Assembly (NCBI RefSeq): GCF_006345805.1
Contig: NC_043006.1
Location: 47,864,001-47,928,000 of the forward strand
Direction of reading: 5' to 3'
Length of the DNA: 64,000 bases
From: Octopus sinensis
Lineage: Eukaryota
The number at the start of each line of letters is the position of its first letter. Within the stretch, counting starts at the first letter, position 1. Below the pieces are notes generated by a model. That model had not been told where the DNA came from. It ran no database searches and saw only the letters and a list, made by a program, of their open reading frames with translations. This document shows, piece by piece, positions 54,654 through 64,000 of this stretch. Both the position numbers and the translations under genes were made by a program.

Positions 54654-54790
54654 GGCTTCTGTCTAGCAAATTTATTCATGAAGCCTGATCGGACCGAGGC
54701 TATAGTAGAAGACACTTTCCCAAGTTGCCATACAGTGACAGCGAACCTGGAACCCTGTGGTTGGGAAGCAGACTTCTTACCAACAACCAC
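54100..54790 (-). mobile_element. Diverged SINE family A split by microsatellites
   Basis: Tail/body at 54100-54290 and head at 54650-54790. Confidence 0.7.
54580..54673. repeat. Perfect 94-bp palindrome centred on (TA)n
   Basis: aaatttgctagacagaagcccgtga(TA)ntcacgggcttctgtctagcaaattt. Confidence 0.95.
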
Positions 54791-55102
54791 GTTTGCGCTT
54801 ATGTTTCCATATTTTCAATAAAAACTGATTTTTGTCAATGTTCGATAAGCTGACGTAGGAAAATGAACGAAGTAGTATCTCCATGCATGCATCTCGGAAA
54901 AAAAAAGTATGTAAAGCAGCCCTGTATAAACCATTGATTCTCGTGCTGGTCGTCACGGTTTCACATAATGTGTAAAATGCATTTCTAAGACAGATTTAGC
55001 CGTATAAATTTTATAAGTAAAAGAAATTAAAGAAAAGAAAATCACTTGTAATACATACTCCTGTCACGAAAACTAAGAGAGTTAGGTCACGATTTTGCAT
55101 AC

Positions 55103-55180
55103 CTCTCATTACATTACAATCCACGAAATTGTATGTCATGTTTCTTAGATTTATTTCATTGATAGCGTAAAAGAAGGTGT
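55103..55180 (-). CDS. Candidate internal exon, phase 1-1 (xTFFYAINEINLRNMTYNFVDCNVMRx)
   Basis: Acceptor aaatttttccag, donor AG|GTATGC, 78 nt open. The AI.EIN..N.T...DC pattern resembles the ANF/Venus-flytrap helix 1-strand 2 region. Confidence 0.4.
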
Positions 55181-55792
55181 CTGGAAAAATTTTTTGTTCC
55201 ACGTTTCATAGTGTTTCACAAGCACCTAAATTTTAACCGAATTTATATGACACAAACTCTAAAGTATTTTAGTCAGTCATGTACACAATATAAGTGGAGA
55301 TGGGCGGGTGTAATACCTGAGGAAAGGAAATAACTAACGAGAGGATAAAAGTACAAAGCTTTTCCATTTGCTTTCGTGTTCAGTCACTAAATTCTAAATG
55401 ATAAAGTGTAATTATACTCACAGTCACACACATACCCGCGAGCAGACACACACATACACACTCTCACAAAGCATATGCACTCCGTTAATCACAATATATA
55501 TAAATGTGTGCATGTGTGTGTTTGTGCGCGTGTGAGTGTGCATGGATGGATTTATGGCAGAAATTACAAAGTGACTCAAGGGCTCCAATCACCTACCACA
55601 CTGCTCAAAAACAGGAACACTAATTTTTATAGAGAAAAATTTTTTTAATTGTAATGATCTATGGAATTTTCAATAAAAAAGGGAGTGTCAGAAGGATAAT
55701 GGCGAGGCATTCGTCTTGCAGTGAAGTGAACATAGGCAATGCATGTATGTAAAAATGTGTATGTATGCATGTACGTATGTATATATATATAT

Positions 55793-55881
<89 letters not shown>

Positions 55882-55992
55882 GCATATGTATATATACATA
55901 TATATACATACATACATTTATATATATATATATATATATATAAATACCAACATACATACGTATATATATATATATATTATTATTATTATGAA

Positions 55993-56274
55993 AATTATAA
56001 TTTAGGGTATCTAAGAGATACCTCCACGCTGGAAATAACAGCCAAAACCTGAATGTAAAACCACATTAAATGTTCATACAGCACTAGGAGAGAAGACTAA
56101 AGGACACGATGAACTAGCAAAAAATTACTGGATAATTCCAGATCCCGGATTTCTGGCTTTGCGTAAGAAATGCTTTGCCTCATCAGTGGAATATACACAG
56201 ATAGTAGCATAAATACACATATATACACATGCTGGACACTTGATAAGATCGATAATTAATTTACGATCTTATCC

Positions 56275-56275
<1 letters not shown>
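55993..56275. mobile_element. Single-arm sibling of the 48099 pLTR-like element
   Basis: Colinear with 48099-48310 and 48555-48600. Confidence 0.85.
56135..56192 (-). ncRNA. Type I hammerhead-like motif
   Basis: AUUCCA-CUGAUGA-GGC AAA GC auuucuuac GC AAA GCC-A-GAAA-UCC G GGA-UC-UGGAAU. Perfect 6-bp stem I, with an extra A before GAAA. Confidence 0.7.
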
Positions 56276-56351
<76 letters not shown>

Positions 56352-57766
56352 CATACATAAGTGAGTTTGTTGCGTTATATTATCCACACGGATACCATAT
56401 TAGCTCTCAGTTAAGTTCCACTTAACTGAGAGCTAATAACCACGGTTAGTATTTAACATCTGTGACTACAGTTTGTTGCTAGTCACTTCATGAATTCTTC
56501 AGATGGCTAATTCCCTGTGCGCTTCGCTGGCCTTTGAAAATTGACTGTTCTATATATTATTAGTAATAATATAGAGTATGAAGACTTGTACACCCACAAT
56601 TTTATAGCATATTTTTCGGCTTTTCGTTCTGAATTGAAATTCTGCTGAGAATGAGTGTGCCTTTACTTCCCACCCGCCATTAACCCACATTACGCATCAC
56701 TTGCCGCCACATCATACCACATCACTGATTCACCCTACAAGATAACCACACCGACGCTAAACCAAACCATATCGATAAAATAAGTACCAGGTGAGTAATA
56801 GGGTCGATTTGATCGACTTATCCCTTCTTGGAAAGTTGCTGACCTTGGGCCAAAATTTGAAACCAGTATTCGTACATACTTCACAGAAAGTCGCTACTGA
56901 GGTACCTATATATCAAAGTACAACAATTCATTTACTTTTCCTCAATATATGTGAAAGATTTATTAGACGTGAAATCTAATTTTACAGCAAGAAGCATCTT
57001 CAGGCAATTTGTGGTTTCACTGCTGATCATAAACTAATAACTATGATATTATTGCCGCAGCCTGTTTTAATTTTGCTTCCGATTATTTCCATTTGTGTTG
57101 TAATTATGTGTTTAAATATAATCATGTATCGAACCGTTAAGTAATATTGTGAAACGCAATGACTTCGGGTTGGACATGTATTATTGCAGATCTCAAAGGG
57201 AGACCAATTCATATAAGTGTGTTTTCTGAAGAATATGTCATGTTATGATTAAGGCAGTAACGGCCGATTTGGCTACCGTACACAACCGAGACTACTTCAG
57301 TTATAGAACCCATTTCTTGATATATCGTTATATTTAACATATCATGATTTAAATATTACATATGCTAAGTATGTTTAATGTTAAATATATAAATGCGTAA
57401 TCCTCGAGTACTTAGTAAATAAATTATTCAATATATAGGTTTTTATACTGGTATAAAAACTATTTCGCAATGTATTTGGTAAAAAGACCTTCCATGGAAA
57501 AATGTTCGAAGGCTCCATTTGGGACTATGCATCCGAGGGTTATCTTCGGCCTATTGCTACGCACTTTATTTATTGCGCTTTTCATTTAGAAACAAAATAT
57601 TAAATTATTTATAATATATAACAATTTCAACTTAGTATTGAGTATAGTACTGTCACAGTGAAAGCTGAGTGGAAAAAGGGAACTATAAAATTAATTTGGA
57701 GACAGTTTCGTGTTGTGGTGAATAAGGAAAAGTCGATGTGACTTAGAATTTCCAACGGCTTCCTGC

Positions 57767-57959
57767 GACTGCGCAAACGATATTTTCCTGTGTTTGGGTC
57801 GCCTTAGTTGATGCTGTCGTTATCATCATCCTTATTCTCCTTTTGTCAAAAAGAGATCAATCAAAAATTTCTGCCAAAACGCGGTAGAGATTACTCTGTC
57901 ACCATTGTTTTAAGATGATAATTTATTGAAACATTGAGAGATTCGGGATCGTTAAATTT
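57767..57959 (+). repeat. About 200-bp repeat whose inverted copy lies at 63176-63396
   Basis: Shared blocks cgccttag(t/a)gatgctgtcgttatcatcatc and gatgataatttattgaaacattgagagatt. Confidence 0.85.
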
Positions 57960-58089
57960 CAAAGTAAACCAAGAGAACTAGACTGGAACAAAAATGTGTT
58001 GACTATTCCTCCACTTTAATGTTAAATAATTTTTAAATATATAACTTAACATGGAAACCAACATTATGTATATACATATATGTATTTAT

Positions 58090-58157
<68 letters not shown>

Positions 58158-58246
58158 TATATATAATATATATATATATTATATATATATACATCTATAA
58201 TACATATATATATATATATTATTATGGCCGTTCCTTGATTGTTGAT

Positions 58247-58293
<47 letters not shown>

Positions 58294-58412
58294 TATATAC
58301 ATATATATGTATATACATACATACATATATATATACATATATATATATACACACACACACTTATGCATATATAGACATATACACATAGTTTAATGCAGGT
58401 GAGCATACTTAC

Positions 58413-58468
58413 TGTGTATGCCAAAATTTGTTTGTTTAAAGTTATATAATTAATGAAAAGAACAATCA
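58413..58468 (-). CDS. Candidate exon, phase 1-0 (xIVLFINYITLNKQILAYT), hydrophobic and signal-peptide-like
   Basis: Acceptor ttgtctccctctaatttacattag, donor ACA|GTAAGT. Confidence 0.25.
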
Positions 58469-58589
58469 CTAATGTAAATTAGAGGGAGACAAACAAAACT
58501 GTTTAAACGTCGTAGTAATTGCCATGCGGCGTCTCTTCTGGAACTTTGCTTTGTGAATATAAATTATGCGGAAATCAGCTAAGCCTTTG

Positions 58590-58944
58590 ATCGTCAATAA
58601 AGTTGATGAGACTCCCTTCGATCATGAACGACCGTGGGATTGCACCACGAAAGTTACCATTCCAGGCACAAGTCCGGGCAAGGTTGTTTATGGAAGACCA
58701 GCAGTCATCTATGCGTACCGGTCTCCCCTCTCCACGCCACCAGTGTTATCCAAGGGAAAGCCAAGGGGACCGATACAGCTTGGCACCTGTGACGTCACAA
58801 CTCATTTCTAGAGCTGAGTGAACTGGAACAACGTGAAATATAGTGTCTTGCTTAAGAACACAACACGCAGCCCTATCCGGGTTTCGAACTCACAACCTCA
58901 CGATAGTAAGCTCGACGCTCTAACCAGTGAGCTATGCGCCTTCA
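58590..58944 (-). mobile_element. SINE with family C head and a different, longer 3' region
   Basis: Head gtgaaggcgcatagctcactggttagagcg...gtgagttcgaaacc; core gagctgagtgaactggaacaacgtgaaat. Confidence 0.8.
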
Positions 58945-59669
58945 CTACGTCAATAAAATAAAGTCAGAGATATGTACTTTGATTGATAAAATAGAGTCAT
59001 CCTCCCCTCAAAGCTGTGGGCCTTGAACCATTTTTGAAATAACTCACGCCAAGAAAAAGTTGTTTGGATAACACCAAAATCCAAACTGATAAACGACTGA
59101 ATACGAGTAAGCATCAAGGGTGTCATTTGATTTTTTGCAAGTACAATGATAATCCTGGGCATGTTTCAGTTTTATTTCGCCTCCTCAGCAAAATATTGTA
59201 ATATGTTTTTTTTTAGCACCAGCTAATCTTTAGTGAACAATATATTCGCTGATTGGAAAATTTAAATAAGAACACGGGACTTGTTTTTTTTTGTGCGATG
59301 TCATCAAGTGGTGTATATTTTATTGCAGTGATGCAAAAAAAAAAATCAATCATAATTATATCCATAATGGAAACAAAATATAATTATTAGTTAATGAGAA
59401 TACTTTTTGAATATATGTCTGAGTTTTATATGGAAGCTCGGTGTATTTTTATCAACTTGGGGATACCAGACGTTTTTCGATTAAGTCTGGCGGCAATATA
59501 CCAATGTCAAGCTATGGGTGAATATTTATTTACTAAAAAATATAACTGTGTAAAATATAACTTCGAAATCAATCGTCGCAAGCTATAGAATTTGATAATT
59601 CCTCACTACAATGACATTTTACCGACATTTAAAGCTAGCAATTAATTCAATACAAAACATAATTAAAAA

Positions 59670-59686
59670 GAATAATAATGATGATG

Positions 59687-59722
<36 letters not shown>

Positions 59723-59751
59723 GTAATAATAATAATAATAACAACAACAAC

Positions 59752-59811
<60 letters not shown>

Positions 59812-59840
59812 TATAATAATAATAACAATGATAATAATAA
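59670..59840. repeat. (AAT)n microsatellite
   Basis: Direct reading. Confidence 0.95.
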
Positions 59841-60453
59841 AAGTCAATTGAGTTAACACAGACATTTCAACCCATTAATTTCACATTTATTTGATCTCTG
59901 AAGAACAATGTGTGATTGCAGTTAAAAGTTCCAGTTCTCATTGTTAAAATTATTCTTTATTTCTTTCTATTTTTATTCTTTACAAAGCAAAGAAATTAAT
60001 TTTGTTATCGTGAAATGTTCAGTATAATTGCTGTCCTGGGTCTCAATCTTTAATACCCTCGTCTGGAATAACACTCATGTTATAGTGAAACCTTTTAAAA
60101 GTTAAAATGAAGAGACATTGATGGCGGTTATATAAAAGCAATCTACGAATACTGGAAGCCTGAATCAAAAACAGCGATTTTAGTTAGAATTAATTAAAAT
60201 AATCAAGGACATTTAAATCTGATTTTCTTAACAACAACTAAATTTCAAGTTCAAAACTATTGAGAAACCTTGTATGGCCGTTCCTGAAATTGCTCAAATA
60301 CCAAAGGTTATTAAGGTTGACTACTTTACACAAAGAACAAACGTTTATATTAACAAAATGAAGATTGTAGCACATAATTGAAAGATGTGTGTGCGCATGC
60401 GTGCATGCGCGTGTGCGTGCATACATTATTTTATCTATGTATCTATCTAAATT

Positions 60454-60493
<40 letters not shown>

Positions 60494-60582
60494 TTTATAT
60501 ATAAATACATACATACGTATTTATATATATATGATATAGATATATATTATATAATATATATACATTTATTATATGTATATAC

Positions 60583-60627
<45 letters not shown>

Positions 60628-60668
60628 TACATATATATATATATATATATGTATATGTATGTACATAC

Positions 60669-60702
<34 letters not shown>

Positions 60703-60704
60703 CA

Positions 60705-60816
<112 letters not shown>

Positions 60817-60845
60817 CATACATCATGCATATATATATACATATA

Positions 60846-61703
60846 TAGGTGTCCCAAATGCCACTGATGTGTTTCAGTTTCTGACAACTTCCTTAACTTT
60901 GCAAATAAATGCATGAAATTTTGATACAATATAAAGGACGTAATGGAAATTATATGCCCCTGGCTAATTTTGCAACACCACTACATCACATATTAAAAAG
61001 GACATCACTTAAATGCCAGCCATTTTCGGCTTTGCACGCCCATGCTCTTTCCAAATCTTACCCCATAACACTCTCAAGTGTTCCAGACTCCATTTCTCTA
61101 ATTTTTATCTTGATATTCTCCTTCAGTTGCACCAGGATCTCCGGTATCCCCTACAAGAAAAAGTGTGCGCTGGTCAAGTCTGGGGAACGTGAAGGCCAGT
61201 TGACATTGCCGTAGCGGCAGATTATTCTCTCTCCAAAGCACTGCCGTAGCGACTGCATTGTTTGTCTTGCGGTATGAGTAGTTGTCCCATCATGCTGGAA
61301 CCATGTGTAATGTCTACTTGGAATGGCCTTCACGTTCCCCAGACTTACCAAGCCTGGATTTTTTCGTGTGGGGAATCCTGAAGGAGAGGGTTTACGTTAA
61401 CAACCTGAAGATCCTCGTGCAACTAAAGGAGAGTATCAATAGAGAAATGAGAGAAGTGGGGTCTGAAACTCTTGAGGGTGTTAAGGTGCAAGTTTTGGAA
61501 AGAGCACGGGCGTGCGGAGCCGAAAATGGCTGACATTCAAGCGATTTCATTTTTCATATGTGATGTAGTGGCGTTGCAAAATTTATATCATTCACAATAA
61601 TTTCCCTTGCTTCCTTTAAATTGTATCAAAATTGCATTTATTTACTTGTAAAGTTAAGGGACGTACTAAAAATTGAAACCCCCTCATCAGTGACATTCGG
61701 GAC

Positions 61704-61709
<6 letters not shown>
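60846..61709. mobile_element. Head-to-head fold-back of two 3' halves of a DD41D (rosa/Visitor-type) Tc1/mariner transposon
   Basis: Minus arm WFQHDGTTTHTA...NWPSRSPDLTSAHFFL has 41 residues between the second D and the third-D position. Plus arm WPSRSPDLPSLDFFVWGILKERVY. Both ends are ggtgtccc(a/g)aatg(c/t)cactgatg flanked by TA. Confidence 0.85.
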
Positions 61710-61774
<65 letters not shown>

Positions 61775-62974
61775 ATATATATATTACGTGGTAGAAATTT
61801 CATTTAAATAAAGTACAACGACAAGGTCAAAGAATACAAACAAGGTGGGTGAATTAGGATAACACCTAGGGAAATTGGAAAAAAAATTTTTATCGTTTCG
61901 AGTCTACGCTCTTCTAGGGAAAGGATAGACGAGCAGAGAGCGAAATGCAGAGAAGAGGAGTGTCTCGATTAGACCGAAAGGGGAAGAAATAGATTTGAGG
62001 TGTTAGTGGTAAAATCGACAACAGTAACCTGACGTATGTATGTGAGCGAGTACCTATGTGTGTTTGAAGCTAAAGTGTGTGTGTGTGTGTATGGTAACGC
62101 GTTTGCATGTGTATCAGAGCAAGTCCATGCGCATGGTCGTTCGCCAGCGTGCGCGAGTGAACAAGTACGTACGTGTATATGAAACCATGTGTACGTGTAA
62201 ATGCCGTGTGCTTATTCGTGTGTATGAGTGTGGGCATAAGTATGTGTGTATGACACTATGAAATGCGTGTATACAGTGTGTATTTAGCATGCGCGTAGAT
62301 ATATACGTGTGTGTGTGTGTGTGATCCTATTTTCATTTTATATGTGTATGAGGCCGTGAAACGTTTATACACGTCTGATAGAAGCAATCAGCCGTTTATA
62401 CACGTATGTGTGACACTATTGTGTGTGTGTGTGTGTGTCGTGTGTGTATATATGCGTGTGTGTGTGAATGGGTGCCCCTGTTTCCAGTTGATGAGCGTGT
62501 ATGAGGTTGTCGTGCAACTAAATGTTTGTATGTGTGTATGCATGCATATACACACACAGGCTGTTAATTACAAAGTCATTTGAATAAGCACTATAATTTT
62601 CTCAGTCATTACGTAAGATTTAGTCCGTTTCGATAGAAATTGCTAATGACTGTGATGCAAACAAGAGTACTAATATTACGTGAAGATTAAAGAAATGCAG
62701 CAATCTTTGAAAATATGGAATAACGGTATCGAACACAACACATTCTCGCAAAGAGAACGTTATAAATTAGTGTAGGGACATGCACACACGCACGCACAAA
62801 CGCACGCATGCGCGCGCACACACGTACACTCACACATATTTTTGTATGCATTTCTGTATATATGTGGCAGGTTTGTTTTTCTTCCAGTGCCATATATTGA
62901 AAATAGAAATGTGTTCCAGATAATCACGTCTGCTATTGGATCTTCGTGCTTCCATTTTAGTTCTCTTTCTTGCT

Positions 62975-63175
62975 GGGAATACCTGAAAGAAAGGGTTCAC
63001 GTCAACAACCTGAAGATCCTGGTGCAAGTAAAGGAGAGCATCAATAGAGAAATGAGAGAAGTGGGGTCTGAATCTCTTCAGGGTGTTATGGTGCAAGTTT
63101 TGGAAAGAGCGATGTCATTTTTCATATGTGATGTAGTGGGGTTGAAAGGTTTATATCATACCATAAATTTATATC
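62975..63175 (+). mobile_element. Third fragment of the DD41D transposase 3' end
   Basis: WEYLKERVHVNNLKILVQVKESINREMREVGSESLQGVMVQVLERA, nearly identical to 61370-61510. Confidence 0.85.
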
Positions 63176-63549
63176 AAATTTAACGTTCCCAAATCTCTCA
63201 ATGTTTCAATAAATTATCATCTGAAAACAATGGCGATAGACTAATTTATTCCTCGTTTTGGTAGCTTAAGAAAAAGATGAGATTATCACGGTTAGAAATG
63301 ATTGATTACATCTCTGACAAATGGAAAACAAAGATGATGATAACGACAGCATCTACTAAGGCGACACAAACACAGAAAAATATCGTTCGCGCAGTCCTAA
63401 GAAAAATATCGTTTGCCCGAATTCTCTGCATAATGCACCTTCAGTTTTCAGCTGTGGTGATCATGCTGGAAAGTACCATACTAATATATTATACGTAATT
63501 TACATTATTTACATTTGACGGATATTTGTCCTCATCTTGTTTGTTATTA

Positions 63550-63593
63550 ACACAACGTTACGGCTGATATACCCTCCAGCCTTCATCAGGTGT
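63550..63593 (-). ncRNA. Minimal hammerhead motif with mutated core (GUAA for GAAA), in a pLTR-like repeat at about 63495-63650
   Basis: ACAC-CUGAUGA-A-GGCUG gaggguauau CAGCC-GUAA-CG-UU-GUGU. Confidence 0.6.
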
Positions 63594-63649
63594 CTTGGGG
63601 AAATTTCAAACCCGGGTTGTCATTCCTAAGGTATTTTTCGAAGTTGTTG

Positions 63650-63714
<65 letters not shown>

Positions 63715-63717
<3 letters not shown>

Positions 63718-63795
63718 AGCACTGCCTGGAATCGAACTTGGAATCTTGTGGTTAGTAGCCCACGCTCTTAGACACTACGCCATTTGCACGTGGCA
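63715..63795 (-). mobile_element. tRNA-like SINE head only
   Basis: rc: atggcgtagtgtctaagagcg...caagttcgattccaggc (A- and B-box-like). Confidence 0.6.
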
Positions 63796-63796
63796 T

Positions 63797-63910
63797 ATAA
63801 TAATAATAATAATAATAAAAATAATAATAATAATAATATAATAATAATAAAATAATAATAATAATAATATAATAATAATAATAATAAAATAATAATAATA
63901 ATAATAATAA

Positions 63911-63941
<31 letters not shown>

Positions 63942-64000
63942 AAGAAGAAGAAGAAAGAAGAAGAAGAGAAGAAGAAGAAGAAGAAGAAGAAGAAGAAGAA
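63797..64000. repeat. (AAT)n switching to (GAA)n at about 63913
   Basis: Direct reading. Confidence 0.95.

Overview
AT-rich, microsatellite-dense eukaryotic DNA. Its repeat content (tRNA-derived SINEs, (TA)n/(GATA)n/(ATT)n/(CATA)n tracts) looks like an octopus or other coleoid cephalopod genome; this is inferred from repeat families, not verified. Almost all ORFs in the supplied track are translations of microsatellites or SINEs. The real coding relics are all from transposons: a 5'-truncated Tx1/L1-clade LINE with an open ORF2 C-terminus, a Penelope GIY-YIG relic, an R4/Dong-like zinc-knuckle/RLE relic, mariner, maT-like and DD41D transposase fragments, and two non-autonomous Helitrons. About 35 SINE copies of several families are present. 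Most notable: (1) about ten hammerhead-ribozyme-like motifs of at least five unrelated sequence families, several in fold-back inverted repeats, including a ~410-bp near-perfect palindrome with a hammerhead on each strand and a family with a fixed non-canonical CUGUGGA core; (2) a SINE whose 3' tail matches the 3' end of the local Tx1 LINE and which occurs as ordered tandem multimers; (3) a head-to-head DD41D transposon made of two 3' halves; (4) a tentative chain of small minus-strand exons whose translation weakly resembles a Venus-flytrap/ANF-type receptor N-terminus. Coordinates were read by hand; SINE and microsatellite edges are approximate.
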